Origin: the human T2T-CHM13v2.0 reference genome, Homo sapiens
DNA length: 64,000 nucleotides
Direction: 5' to 3' (one strand)
Assembly (NCBI RefSeq): GCF_009914755.1
Contig: NC_060926.1
Below the pieces are notes generated by a model that did not search any database, had not been told where the DNA came from, and was given only the letters and a program-made list of their open reading frames with translations. The stretch's first letter is position 1. Every line of letters starts with the position of its first letter. The position numbers and the translations under genes were made by a program. Below, one piece after another: positions 1 to 14,884 of this stretch.

Positions 1-1638
1 TTTTTAAGGGAAATCATGAGCAAACATTGCCTTAATTCACATTTCAAAAATGATTACTACAGATTTCAAGACATTTATCATGTTGTCATTGGAACCTGGG
101 AAAGGTTATTCTTGTGGTACTTCAGGTCACAAAAAAGAACGTATTATTAGAAACTAACACATAGGCTATCCAAGAGATTCCTGAGGGGAAATTAGAGGTC
201 CACTGGCTTTGACAAAAAAAACAAAAAAAGGTGACAGGAATGAATTAGGTAACAGGGACCCACAGAAACTTATCATGCTCTGAATGGTCAGTTTCCAAAG
301 TAACTCCAATCTATTACATGATACAGTTCTTGTGAGAACACACCGGAAATATACTTACAGTCCCTGTTATACTTTTCCAAATACTTACTACTTTTATTCT
401 CTGCGATGGCATGGATTTTTATGAAGCTGCCATTTTCCAATAATTTTAGAGAAATGTTAAATGTAAATAAGTATATAATAGAAAATATTTTAAAAAGAAA
501 TATTATCCTGCCAAGTCTTTTGTCATTTGATCCACATCATCAACTTTCAGAAATATATTATTTGTAAAAATATGTATTGAAATTATATCTTCTGAAAGAC
601 TTATATGTCATCTATTTTTTCAACAGATGTAGATTTAAAATCCTATACATACAATTGAGTGTTAAATCCTACCTATATGATGTGGCATGTTCAAGTAATG
701 AGTGTATCTCCACAATATATCCCCTTAGCTCACAGCAACACTTACATATATACTCTACTCATAGAAGACAAATGAGATTTATTTTGGATAGCTTTGGATG
801 AGTGTGGCTGTTTCAGCAGCTTGAAGTAATGCTATGAAATCAGCAAGTGAAGTAGAGATGGATGAGGTATTGAAGAAACATAAACAGAAAATTAATGAAT
901 CTGCTGAGAGTTTTTTGTTTTGGGTTTTTGGGAGTATAGAAAAAATTCTGTACAGTACATATGTCTCTAATGATATAATCTTGACCTTTGGGTGACTGGT
1001 CTAGTTTTCAACAAAAGTCATTATCTTTGGAGAATTGTTCAGTAATTAGAAACTTTTTTTCAAACTAACTCATTGTAGATGTGCATCTCAAGACAGAAAT
1101 CTCCATAGATAAAAAAAACCTCATAGTCAATCTTAAAAATACAGAGTATATGTTAAGTGTGTGTAAAGGAGAAGAAGAGGGAGAGGAGAAGGATGATTTT
1201 CAGATACATCTTAGCTTTTTCCCCTCTTTTATAAAATACATTGTTTACAAAGAGATGATTTAAAGCCTTTTATTCTAAAGGTTTCTGTCCCTGTTTTCAG
1301 TTTTGGATTGCTGAAATTGAAGAAAAATAAAGTTAAACCTAGACAGCTCAAAGATCTACCCAGCCAAAGCTAGCTTCCTCTCTCTTTTGCCTAGATTATA
1401 AGATTTAGATTATTATAAATTTTATAATCCAGGGACTATCATTGTTAATATTGCATTTTATGCATTAAGTGCTAGGTCTTATATCACCAATAATAATTTG
1501 TCCACTAGATAGACATCATTATTAATATTATTAAGAAGAATGCTAGTTATCCATAATTTATCTTTTAGAAAATCTCTCTAGATAATTTACAAGAAATCTT
1601 ATGTTATTACTTAATTGTTACTTAAGAAATCTAAAGTG

Positions 1639-1940
1639 AGCTGGGCACGGTGGCTCATGCCTGTAATCCCACCACTTTGGGAGGCGAAGGTGGGTGGATC
1701 ATGAAGTCAGGAGATCAAGACGATCCTGACCAACATGGTGAAACCCCATCTCTACTAAAAACACAAAATTAGCCAGGCCTGGTGCTGCGCACCTGTATCC
1801 CAGCTACTTGGGAGGCTGAGGCAGGAGAATGGCTTGAAGCTTGGAGGCAGAGTTTGCAGTGAGCCGATTGTGCCACTGCACTCCAACCTGGGTGACAGAG
1901 CGAGACTCTGTCTAAAAAAAAAAAAAAAAAAAAAAAAAAA
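1639..1940 (+). mobile_element. Alu (AluSc/Y-like)
   Basis: Full dimer from gctgggcacggtggctcatgcctgtaatccc to gactctgtct, followed by a poly-A tail; short aaagtg duplication on the flanks. Confidence 0.97.
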
Positions 1941-2929
1941 GTGAAATTTGGAGGAAGGACATTAAGGTGTCTTTCACAGGACTGTCTTCCCCGTTGGGAC
2001 ATAATTAAAACAGAAACACTTCAAATTGCTATTACCGTACAGCCGATCTGACTGTAGGAAGAGCAATCTACTGAAAATATCTACTCGGCAAGCAATACTT
2101 CTCAGTAAACATTTGTCAGCATTGGCATTCTTATGAGCTGGAGGATGGAACCCCCAACAGGGCCATGTCCATCCTGCTTCTGTGGTTTAGGAAGACAGCA
2201 AATATTAAGTGTTTTTCTAAAAACTCCACCCTTTTCTAAAGCAAGGCTATTAATTATTGGTGCATATACACAGTGATCACTAAATAAGCCTACAATACAT
2301 ACAATGACAACTTAATTAGGGCTTTTCAAATGGACTTCTTTGCTCATCCAGTGCGACACACACTTAACTTCCATACAACTTTAAGCTACAACCTCATTAC
2401 CATTCTGCATAAACTAATTGACTCTTAGCGATGAAAGCAGCCACAAATATGCTAGTCTGTGAAAGAGAGGGAGATGTCCAAGGTGACTCAAGAGCTAGTG
2501 ACAGCCAAGACAAGAACACAAATGACTCTCTCCCTTGTTGGAAAGTTGTAAAAAAAGAAGACTGCAAAATTGTGGACATAAGAAAGACTAATGAGACCAT
2601 GGCAAGAATAATTGTTAACAGTGCAAGCATGGTTTCCAAGAGACCTTGACTCTACATTACAGATGCCTTATACCCTCTGTAAGTCACCAACCCAGAGGGA
2701 TCTTTTAATGGTGATAATGATAAAGAGAAATTCTGTCAACCTCTCACATTCCAAATGGCCACTTTAATGACTAGTACTGTCTTCTACCTGCAGAAAACAA
2801 CAGAAATTAAAATATGAAGACTTTCCCAGGTTAGGGAAGCCATGTTTCAGGAATAGGCATCTTTTTTTAAATCCTAGTTGAGGACTTATGGTAAAGTACA
2901 AAGAATCATCCCATACACTTCAATGTCAG

Positions 2930-4105
2930 TTGTATTTCACATTTTGAAATGCTTGTTAGAGTTAAGGAGACTGGAGAAATCCTAGGTTACATGATAAAAT
3001 GAGTTTTCAGAGAGCAATGAGACAGTTTATTGATCAGCTGATTATCTTGCTATGTCTTATGAGGAGGAGAAAAAAGATTCCAAGACTCCAGCCTGTATCA
3101 TATTTTCAAGAAAAAAATTTGAAAGTGGTCGAAATTTACCATTCAGAGGATACAGTGAAGAAGGCAAGGAGCAAGAAAGATTGCTATGCTTAGTCTGAAA
3201 GACACTGTCTTTCTGGATCACCTACTACCACATTTAGCAACCAAACCAAACATAAATAATAAAAATTCAAAGCACATAGATTATAAAACGTGAATAATAT
3301 AATAATTTTAAAAATGATAGTTGTTTACATTAAAGGAGCTTAAAATTTATTGAGGAACAGTCATTACTATATAAGAATATCAAAGAGGAATTAAATCAGA
3401 TTGTGGGAGGGGAGCATTTCAGCTTGACTTTAAATAATTGAGTAGATATTCAACAAGCAAGGAGGTGAGAGAGATTTCAAGTGAGAATGAGTGATGTCCC
3501 AAGTCAATAGAAATGTTCCAGCCCCTCTTATATTTCTGACCTAGAACTAAGAATTCTCTGGTGAATAAAACAAAGTCGATGACTTCATGGTGTTTGTGGT
3601 CTAAATCAAAAGAAGGATACTAAGCAAATAATTAAATATTCACACATTTGCAGAGAGCTGTTCAAGAAGAGTACAAAGTACAATGGGAACACACACATAG
3701 TTACCTATAGAAGATGTTCTTGTGATATAAAAAGCAAAGGAACATAATTAGTGTTAAAGGCTGTCTCCAGCAGTATCTAGTCTAGAGGGTGAAGGAAGAC
3801 TCTCCTAAGGAAGAGACTTTTAGGAAAAGGAGAACAAGTAACCATGCATGAGTGAAAAGAGAATCTAAAAGGTTTACAGATAGAAAAAGTATCTCATTCA
3901 GTGGCCCTGTGGCAGGAGAAAGCATGGCATATTTGAAGAGCTAGAAGAGGTCTGGAAAAAGAGAATGAGAAAGACAGAAAGGCATAAGGCCTGTGAGGTA
4001 GACAGAAACGTAATACAGGTCCCTGTCAGCTATACTAAACATGTTTCACTTTTATCTATGAACAGTGAGATGCTATTGATGGTTTTGGCAAGCAGAGACA
4101 AGGTG
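2930..4105 (-). mobile_element. Degraded L2 fragments
   Basis: Purine-rich tracts with L2-type phrases (atggcatatttgaagagctagaagagg; cacttttatctatgaacagtgagatgctattgatggtttt). Boundaries approximate. Confidence 0.55.
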
Positions 4106-5498
4106 AGTTGGTCCTGGTGTGCAGGGTACAGAAGTCAGGTGTACTGGCAGATGAAGATGATGCTAGTCAAAATCAGAACCAGAACTCAAAAATCCCAGGA
4201 AACACAAGTACTTCCTTCATACTGCATTAATCGATATTGTGGAACTGTTGGTCTTTGTCACTACACCCTAGACACTGTCAGCTTCTGAGCAAATTTCTCT
4301 CTTAAAATTTTACCACAAATCAAGATACTTTACTGATGTTCTCATCAAAAACGAGGTAAAAGGATTCTGTGTTTTTAGTTTTTTTTCTGAGTCTATTTTA
4401 TTCCGCTGTGTTTGGGAGCAACAGAAAGAAACTAAACATTTATATTATTGCTTCTGTACTTCCAGAAAATTCTTCCATTTCAACAGAGTAAGAACGTTAT
4501 TAGTAATATCAGAATTTCATGAAGCAAACCATAGCATCTTCTCTGTGCCATAACTACATTTTCAATAACATACCAAAGAGTGTAAACTGATGGCCAGCTT
4601 AACTCAGGAATACAGCATCACCTGTTAAGGGTTTTAATAAGCAATGAGTCCCCCAGTCAAGTGGTCCCCAGAGACCAACAATTTAATGATGCTATGACAG
4701 ACCAAGTAAAGTGTTTGGTTCAATAATAAGGAGCTTATTGTGTGCGTGTGTGTTTTTTAAGTACGCTCCATATAAATATTCCAAAGAAAAAGGGATTTAA
4801 GTTTTTTTTTTTTTTTAATCTAAACGGGTATCTCCAGCTTCCTGAATGGTTTCATGAACTTCATGCTAAGGAAAACTATCCTAGGAAATAACTATCCATT
4901 GGAATATCTGTCGCTCATCTAGATGCACATTGAGGTCCAAATGGCTCAAGCATATTCAGTCAAGGAGATGAAGCATCTCAATACCCAGGACCTTTCCCAG
5001 GAGCACACTGGAGTGCATTTAACAATTGTGATTGTAGGAATATGTATATAGCTCTTTGAAGTCTGTGAAGATTATTTATATGAATTATCTCAATATTTCT
5101 AACCTGCAACAGTAAAGGCGATGAGGTATAGTGAGGCAATGACTCACCTAAAGTTAGAGATGGAGGAAGAGGAAGAATTCTGGAAAAGTCTTTGACATTT
5201 CTTTTTGAAAATAGAGTTCTCCTCCTCCACATTATTTCCTAATTTTTCAGTGCTGCAAAGAGAAAAAGTCCACAGACTCCTCTTTGCCAGTTCAAGGGCA
5301 ACCTATGTACAGATGGAAGTAGATCCAGATTCATGGCAAGAGAATACAACTGGGGTCAGAAGACATAAATCCCTAAACATAGTTTGGATGATTATTTCAT
5401 CTCAATGAAGTAGTTGTGAAGATCACTGATTTATGTGAACAATAATGATAAATAAGAATGACAAGAAAGACAAATATGGACAATAATAATATGAGATA

Positions 5499-5502
<4 letters not shown>

Positions 5503-5543
<41 letters not shown>
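5503..5543. repeat. (TG)n(TA)n microsatellite
   Basis: Directly visible. Confidence 0.95.
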
Positions 5544-7754
5544 CTCCAACCTTAGTTTCATGTGATAAATGTGTGACTAGTACTTACATTTCTGGTCATT
5601 TGTTTTGCATGAACAATTTTTTATGTAATTTTAAAAATTGCTTATTAAAAAATTGCTAAATCTCTTAGATTCTAAAGGAAGAGAATATAAAGTTGATGTA
5701 TTAGAGATACTGTGTGGAAACAATTAATATGTTAAAATATTGGCAAAAAAAAACGAAGAAGAAATAAAATATAACCCTAGCATTTTTACTTGCAGTCTTC
5801 TCATTTTTGCTTAACTTTTTTCATAAATAGCAATTTAACAAAACCTAACACTTTAATGTGACAAAACCAAACACTTTAAGAAAAACTGAGCTCTACAGTG
5901 TACTATACCTGATAAGGTGCTGGATGTCACCAACATCATTAATTTCCACTGAGCTGAAATTTCTCTAACATGCAGGTCTATCTCACAATGTTTCATCTTC
6001 ATTTAGAATATTTGGAGTAGTCCTCTTTAATTATTTGAAATGTATATAGATAGATTCATATCTTCAATGAATTGATTATAAAAATTCTCAAAGAAAGCAA
6101 GAAATTATTTTTCTGAGTAACTGGATGAAATCTGTAACCTGAGTGTAGACTCTCATCATTAACTCCTCTCTGCCTTGAAATGTTTTCTTTCTGCTTTTAC
6201 TGAACTCTTAAATCTGCTTTTTAAAAGTTTCACTATTGTACAAAAGTCCCATAACTATGAGTCATCTTTATTTCATCCTCCCACTTAGCAAATGTAAGAG
6301 CAAGAATCAGATTTCATACTCCTCAGCCTAAGCAGTTAGACTCCAAGGTGGACTCAAGAGGTGCTGGGGAAGGCAATTCTGTTTTGTGATTTAGGCAAAG
6401 TTAATGTACCACCTCAGTTATGGGTTAAATGTCAATTGCCATAAACTCTAAGAGAATTAAAGTTTCCTAGAATTTTGTATCCTCTACCATTGCTTAAACT
6501 CAGCAGCCCAGCTGGGGTTTTGGAAGCTTTCAGCTTTGAGCTTTTGTAGTTGCTAACTCCGCTTGTTGTAAATGCAAACCTGTATTTCCATCTGCAGTGT
6601 TGTTGATTTCCTCCAGAAAACACTGAGGCACACTCAGTTCATAGGCACAGATGACTGGGTTAAGAGCTTCCTCCAAGCATAATGCTGTATATGATTGAAT
6701 GTAAACGACCAACTCTGATCATCACCCACACAGTGGAATGGAAATAAGAGTTGCCGAATGATCCTGAATTTTCTGGTTCATAAACAAACAGAAAATAACA
6801 AACCTAATATATTGAGTTTTATGTGCAGTTTGGCCATGAAACAAACTTTCTTCCCCTTGCAATGTTTAATGAGAAGCATCCCTCTCATTGCACTTTCACT
6901 TTAGATTTAAACTTCCCTATCTCAAATAATCAATTGTTTATAATAAATGAAAAAAATCCTCATTTTTTTTTTTTGAAATGGTTTCTGGCATCTAATTACG
7001 GAGGATTTTTGACCTGGCTAGACAGATAATGTTAACACAGCTTCAATACTAAACAAGCCTGAACATGTGTGTGCTTGACTTTTATTAAACTCCTACTGAA
7101 GAAACAGATTAATTGGAGGCTGATTCACTGGTGAACAGGCGTTAAAGACAGAAGGACCTTCTCACATTTTGTTCTGTTATCCAGGCTTATGCCATCTCAG
7201 GTTGGCAAGGAGATCCCAACTGTAGTGTTTTGAAATATAACTGAAAGAAATTGTAGAATAACAGGTGCAAAAAAAATGCAAACCACTTATAAAAAGTTGA
7301 TCTCATTCCTTTCTTTTTCTGTTGCCAACTGGCCACCTGACACTTTATGGACTGAGGTACTGCCCAGATAACATTTCACATAATAATATAATGTGGAGGC
7401 TGACTATGGAGGTTTGCAGCTGTCGTAATTATCCCTTATACAATTATTACTTTTTTTTTTATCCTTTGAGACATTTTTTCTTTAGAAGAAGAGGGGTACA
7501 AGCTGTAAGTAAACCATTTCACTTAGGCTCAAAGAGCACTGAGGCAAAAAAATAAAAAAAAATGCCCTTCTTGGCAGCTTTGCTTCTATCTAAAAAAGCT
7601 GGAATTTTATTCCCTGAGGTTTCTTTTGTTGTTTAATGGTTTATGTTCCATAAGATAAGCAAAGCAAAATAATAATAATAACGATAATGATAAAGCAACA
7701 AGGAACTAAGTTGCTGGTGAGTTGGAAAAGGGCCTTGTAATGTATTTGTGGAGA

Positions 7755-7935
7755 ACATTACGATTTACAGGGTTTTCCCACGTATTATCTCATTCATAAT
7801 ATCTCTGTGAAATAGGTGCCACCAGATTTTTACAGCTGGGAAAAAAGCCTCTTAAAAAGGTTAAGAGACTTCCTACAGTCGTTCACAGAGTAAGTTAGGC
7901 AACCAGAACTCCAACCCAGACCATCTGACTCCGGG
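7755..7935 (-). mobile_element. MIR
   Basis: tattatctcattcat...tttacagctggg...aaggttaagagacttcc...ccagaactccaacccagaccatctgactcc matches the reverse MIR core. Confidence 0.7.
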
Positions 7936-10900
7936 TCTGCCTAGGGCTTTTCTAGGAATGTGCCCCTCTGGAAAGCCCCTCAAGCCTTCTGGATCTGATC
8001 CTTTTCCTCTATCAGATAAGGACATTGGTGGGAAGATGATCTTGAAATCTCCTTCCAACTTCAAAATGTGATGTTGAAATGTGATTATAAACTACTACAA
8101 TTATAAAAATAAGCAACAGATTAGTCAACAAATATCTGTTGCAATTTGACTCCAGGCAAGGGTGATCTGTTCAGATCCTCAAAGTCACATCAGCACACAC
8201 CCAAGTCTAGTTCATATCACTAGGTGGTTCTGTGAACTGGTTGTTTTTTGACAAAGCTCCATTAGTATCATCATTTTCTTCTGTGTAAATACATCTCTGC
8301 AAGCCATTAATATAAACAATGAGATGAATGTCTGAGTTTAAGGATTTCAGTGTTATATTTTTTTAAGTCTCAACTGTTAGAAATTAAATGTTACAATAGA
8401 AATTTGGGTGGGTTACAGATTTTATCATATTTTAAGGAATTTAGGCTTAAAATAAGGAGAAAATACAATTTGTTGAAAGTGAATGATTGAACTTTTAGGT
8501 GGTGGCTCTACAGGAGGAGTTTGCACTTCAAACTACTTTATTTGTAAATAGGGTAAAATTCATTTACTTTAAAGAAGCAAGAAAGAAGAGTTATCTAGTT
8601 GTTTGTTTACTGAGACCCTGTATCTTTTCACCAGAGTTTTGAGGTAGTCTATAACTTACATTTTTGTAATTAAGTGCCCTGAGATCACCTGGTGAATTAT
8701 GAGCTATCACATAAAAATATGCAAGTGCCATGCAAATCCTCATATCCATTCACTTCAAGGTAGGATACACATGCAAAATTGAAATGGACCTATACTAGAT
8801 ATACAGATAACCAAATACGAAGGGAGGCCTTTATTTTCAGTAATTACCTTTAGGAAATACGTTGACTGTGCTGTCTACCTTTAACTTATGGATAGGGTGT
8901 TCCGTCCTTCTTATTTAAATTTTATGCTGGATGACAAATAGTTAAGATGACATATAGTAGAGAAAATTGCAGGGTATTGTTTAGTCTCAATTCTCCCCCT
9001 ATAGGGGAGTTGAGTAGACTTTTCTATATATGTTTTCAACAGCTGATTGGGGACTTATTGATTTTTGAGTACATTTCAGTGTAGAATGAAAGTCCGAGAA
9101 CTCAGTGAACTTTTTCATCTCTCCACATTCCAAGCCTGGTAAAACCATTCCGCCTGCTAAATGATGTTATAAATATCAAGATTAGTTTCTTCTGAAATCA
9201 CCAGCGCCAGGTGCATTCCATTTCTCATGTCATATAATATTCTGTTACCAGTGTTCACAGTTTAAGATTTAAAGAATGTGTAGACAAAAAAAAGAGTAAG
9301 GACACATAAATGTGACAACTATTTACATATCCTATATAAGATATGCTGGAAAGCAGGATTAATAATTTCTTTTTAGTTTTGTCTTTGTTTTGTTTAGGTG
9401 GGGTAGGATGAATGGAGGTAGAAATAAATATTTATAAATTAGCTATTATCTCTATCATAAATAGATAGAAAAATTTAAATATATTACTTGCAAAACCAAT
9501 GTTATTGTATTTTGTTAGCTGCACTTCCAATGCATAAAAATCTCAGCACTCAAGATGTCCCCATAAAATCTTTCACTAAACCTTTGTTTTAAAGTATTTG
9601 AAAGGACATCATTCCATGTGGGAATATTACATACAGCCACTGATTCAACAGTAACTGAGAACTTATGTACAAAACATTCTTTACATATTGACAAATATTT
9701 CTAAAAAATGAATTGGTATTTTTTGTTGTTGAGTGTTTCATGAGTGACCTTTACCTCTGTAGACATATGCAGTTTTCAGTTTTTTGGGTGAGACTTTCAA
9801 AATATTTTTTTAGAGTGTTCAATGTTAGCAGTGACATTTTTACAGTGATTTCAGAGCCTTGTAGTTTAGAATATTCTATTTGCTTTATTTCTAATTACTT
9901 ATACCATCCTCGTTTTAAATCCTGTGCAGATGTAATTGACAGTGATGATATACAATATGTATGAAATGAGCTTTTTCCTATCGGTGGTGTGTGTCATGCA
10001 AGACTCCATTGCAATATTTACAGTTAAACTAAACTTTTTAGAACGAGCAAAATTGCATTTGTTTTGCAGATTTGCTCATCATTAAATGTGAAACATTTCA
10101 CATTTGTCTTTTTGAGTAATTGGCTTTTTAAAATGATAAGGTGCTCTGAACACTTGTTATGTGGATAGGTCTGACGTTGTATCCCAGAAATCCATATGCC
10201 ATACAGACAGAACAGAAGAAAGATATTCACAAGCATGTCACAGATTGGACTAAAGCAAGCCAAAAACCCAAGTGCCATGGCATTAACAATAGCACCAGAT
10301 TTACTGTCACGATCACAATCTGTGCTGCATCACAGACAGAAGGAGAACTTTTGATAGGTAACACCTCAGTGTTTTTTTAATCTTTTTGGCAAATTATCAT
10401 TTATCATTATATTTTTGCCTGCCATATAATATTATTACAATGATATAAAAAATGCAGGATACGTTTATTAAGCCCCAACAAAAGAACTGACTTATTCAGT
10501 CAGGCCATGTAGGATTAAAGAGAGAATGAGAGGCACAGATATTCTGTTGTTTTATTACAGATCAAACTAAAGTTGGAAAAATAGACAACAGCAAAGGTAC
10601 TAGGGAAGATTTAGCTTCTTCTGAGTTCGCAAAAGGAAATGGCTTATTAGTGACAGAGAAAACAAAAGAATTAACCTGCTTGGGAACTTGAAAACTCTGA
10701 TGTTTCCAAAATATGTGGTTCCCCAGGATAAAAACTCACAGCTAATTTTATTTTCTAAATTGGAAGGGGGGGTGGGTGGGGACTATTTTGAGATGTGAAA
10801 CTGTCCAATCCTTTCTGCTCTGTGTGCGTTTCCCCATGATGCAGATATGAAGAGACCACAATTCACAGGATGTCCCAATAGGTACTAAAAAAAGATTTAC

Positions 10901-13900
10901 AAAATCACAGCTTGAGAAAGAGCCTCATGTTGGGCTGATTGAAGGAAAAACCCCAGAAACACTGCACAGAGATTCCTGGCATCTAATAGAGTAGAGAAAC
11001 ATCAGTCGATTGTTTTTCTTAATTGAAGGTCACTTTGGGACTTCGATGAAAATTTTTTTTCACCTGTTAGCTGTCTACCTGGCTAAGGACATTTCTAGAG
11101 GACAACCTATATTTTTCTTATAGAAGAATATATTCTTAAGTCATCTGGTTTTGTTAATTTCAAATATTAAAACCTAGTTTCTCAAAGATTTAAAAGGATT
11201 CAAGTAAAACCTTTAAAAGTAATTAGTAAAATGCTAAGCTATACAAGTATAGCTATGTGGAAACAAAGGAATATCAATCCATAAGTTAATTTTAAATTCA
11301 GTTGGCTGAAATATTATATATTCTAAAGTAAATCTAGTTTATATCATTTTCAAACCATATTTTTCCACCAAAATTGTAATTATTTTTTATTTTTTTTCTT
11401 TTTAGCCTTGAAACCAATAAGACCGTTTGATTTCTAGTCTTGTATTAATTTGGAGACCTGGGTATATTATTTTCTTTCAACACTCCACTTGCCAATGCCT
11501 GTCTTCCTTAAAGCTCTGAGGATTTATTTACTGTGGACCACTTCCAGTTCACATGCCTCACTTTCATGGGACTTAATATATTTCTTCTAATTTTCAAACT
11601 CCATCAACTCAATTTAACTTATTTTTCACTAACTCAGAGATAGATTAAGTATTGTGATGGTTAGAAAGAGGCACATAATAGTTACTATTTTCAAAAATAC
11701 ATATGTATTACTAGGGATCAAATTAGAAAAAAAAATACAACCCAAAACAAAAACACAACCAATTTCTTAAACTGTTTTTAAAAATTGCATAATACATAAT
11801 AATGGAGAAGGCATGCCCAGCAATGGAAGAAATATATGCGTGAGATATGAAAACAGACCAGAAAAAGACTGGAGTTTCAGCAGTCAAGGGAAGAGTGCAT
11901 GTGTATACGTGTATTTTTCTGTGTGTGTGTAATTTTAAATACAATTATTTAAATTTTGTAAAATAATCGTTCTATAAAATCACTCAATCCCTTTGATTGT
12001 TGAGTTTCTATTATGAGTATATGAAGCTAACATAAACAGCACTTAAATTTTCACCAGAGACAACTATCCATGCAAGACTCTCGGGAGCTGCACACTTGGT
12101 ACCAGGATGTAATTTTTTTTTTTTAAAGAAAAGGAAGGGGAGCCACATTACTCAAGACATATTCAAGTGAGAGTAGATTGCAATTTCTCTAGTTTAAATG
12201 GAAAATCCCCATAATGTTAATATTTACTGGCTTTGGAGTTGTTGAGAAACATGATGTAGCTATGATATTAAAGTTATTAAATATTCAGTTGTTAAAAGGA
12301 AGGGAGTCCAAAGACAACATGGTGGCAAATTTTGGCATCAGTAGGGGTTAGAATATACTGATGATTCTGAACCTTGAAGGACAAGGGAAACATAAGTGAT
12401 CATATACTGCAGGCAAAGGAGATGGAGAAAACAAGAATGATAGAGTTCAAGAACAAGAATTGGTAAAGACAATGATAGTGGCAATGATAGAATTATGAAA
12501 GTCCGGAAGGCAAAACATTCTATGGAAGAAATTTGTATTGAAGAAGTAAAATTTGATAGAGACCCTAAGATATGTATAGAATATAAATGAATAAATTGAC
12601 AGAAACAGATGGGATCAAATTATAGCCTGAAAATGTTGTATGTATCATTTAATCTAATACAAAAATTTATATTTTTTCAGGAGCATGTTTATCACCTAAA
12701 GCATGGGTACTTCTAATTTAAAATAAGTATCTGATACTGCATGTGTGGGTTTCCTTTAGGTTAGTATTAGTTGATTAATATTTGATTTAAACAGTCTTTG
12801 TTCAGCTTAAATAAGATGTAAACTATGAAGTCATGTTTGATTTAGTCATTCAGCAGCAAACACTTATGAATTCCTACCAGGTGCCTGACACAAGCTCTAG
12901 GGATGGTTCTGAGAAGCTCTGGCATAGAGCAACCAAAGGAAGATGAGTGCCTCATCAGGCAACAGCATTAAGGAAAATTGGTGAATTGCATTGAGTTTAT
13001 AAAATAAGAAAAAGTAAATAACGGGACTCGTGATCATGCTCTTAAAATTAATGAAAATTATTATTACTTAGGTAGTGGTGAGAACTTACACATTAAAACA
13101 GAGACAGATGATATTGGCATACGCAGTATGATGTTTCTCAAAGCCTGCCTGAGATGAAACCCATATTATCAAAATTTACAACTTCTACATGAAAACAATC
13201 TGTAGGTTAGATTTTTCTCTCTTTGCAGTGATTCCAAAGTATGAAAATAATAGGTGAAAAATCAAGGTGAACTTTACAATGACAGAGTTAACCCTTGCTA
13301 AATAATTTGTAATGCAAATAAATCTTTTTATCAAATTCTATATCAATTTAATGTGTGATAGGAGAAAGCATTTTATGAAGTATATTAAGTAAGTTTGATG
13401 TTATAATGTATACCTTCCTATAGCAAAACAAATAAATAAATGCTTATAAGCCAGGTGTTTTTTTTTTCTGCTTTTGCTTTTGCTTTATTTGTTTTGTATC
13501 GTGGCCTTAATCAAATTTTGCTTATCATTTTGTGTTTTTTATTTTTTTGATTTCCCCTCTTATGAGAATTCATTATTCTTACGGTTATCCTTGTACATTT
13601 TAGTACTTGTTTCATCAACTTCAGTAAAATTTACTCCCTTTATAAAACATAAAAAATTTGTGCTCCCCTTTTCACATTGTCATAAACTACATATAGATTT
13701 ATTAGTTATATTTTTTGTCAAGTTGACTATATATTTTCTTCTGTCACTCTAATTCTCAGTAAGTTTTAGCTTAAGGAGTGTCCCTCATTTTATATAACAA
13801 CTTTCTCACTTGAAGATGTTTTTAACTGTTTTGATTATTGATTGGTTGGAATCAAATGTATTACGAGACTCACATTGTCCAAGGCCATCTTTTTGGGTGC

Positions 13901-14884
13901 CTTTGTGTGTGAACATACACTTGACTACATACAAAGTGCTTGGGTAATGCTTCATTTCTACCAGGACCCTAGACTTTCTCCATCGTTTCTTGCATAAGAA
14001 TATTGACATAAAGAAGTCTGAAGTCAGCATGTTTTGCTCTAATAAGTGACTTCATATTTCTGCCTTGAGGTCCACAGGACTTTTTTCTTTGTCCATAAAG
14101 TCTGGTAATGCTGCAAGATCATATTTTAGGATTTTAATTCTGTGGCATTTTTTCCTAGAACACTTACATCTTATCTACTTGTAAATTCAGGTTTTTCTCT
14201 ATTTCAGGGGAGTTTTCATCTGTCAGATCTTTGAATATTTTTCTGTTTCATTTTATTTCAATTTTCTTTTTCAATTGTACCAATGATGAGCATCTTACAT
14301 GTCTTTTGTTGTTTTCTCATATCTATTGGCTTTCATAAATGGATGTACCTCAGTTAATAATTTTTTACTAGTTTGTATTTTGATCGTAGAATTTTCACCA
14401 CATGCCCATATTTTGTAAGCTAATGTTGTTCAATTTTAAGAGTTTATAATTCTAGTTTTAAAGTCTTTTTTACCAAAATATTCTTTAGAAGAGTGTTTGT
14501 TTATATGCTATGACTTCCAAGAGAATGGATTCTTTTCAGCTATACTATTTGCTTTTAATTTCTAATTGTAGGACATCATAGTTAAGAGGTGTGGCTTTGG
14601 TGGATCATTGATACTGTCTTTGTGTCTTAAGCTACAGTTAATATTTTAAAATATTCTTCTTTATGATATGTGTAGACAATTGTGTTTACATCATTGTGTT
14701 CTTTAAATCCCCATGTTCCTACTTTGTCAATCTGTCAATTTAAGTTTGTCACTTTTTCCATTTATTTGTCAATATATGTTCAAATTTATCCTTGTATTTC
14801 TGACCATTTTTGCTTTATATACTTTATTTAATCAGGCATTATTTTATTTTCTCACATAAAATGCATTTTACCAAGATAGACTAC

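Noticed and set aside
1769-2002. Alu-derived ORFs (also 21850, 46030, 46118, 53324 and 53483)
   Set aside because: Typical Alu translation artefacts.
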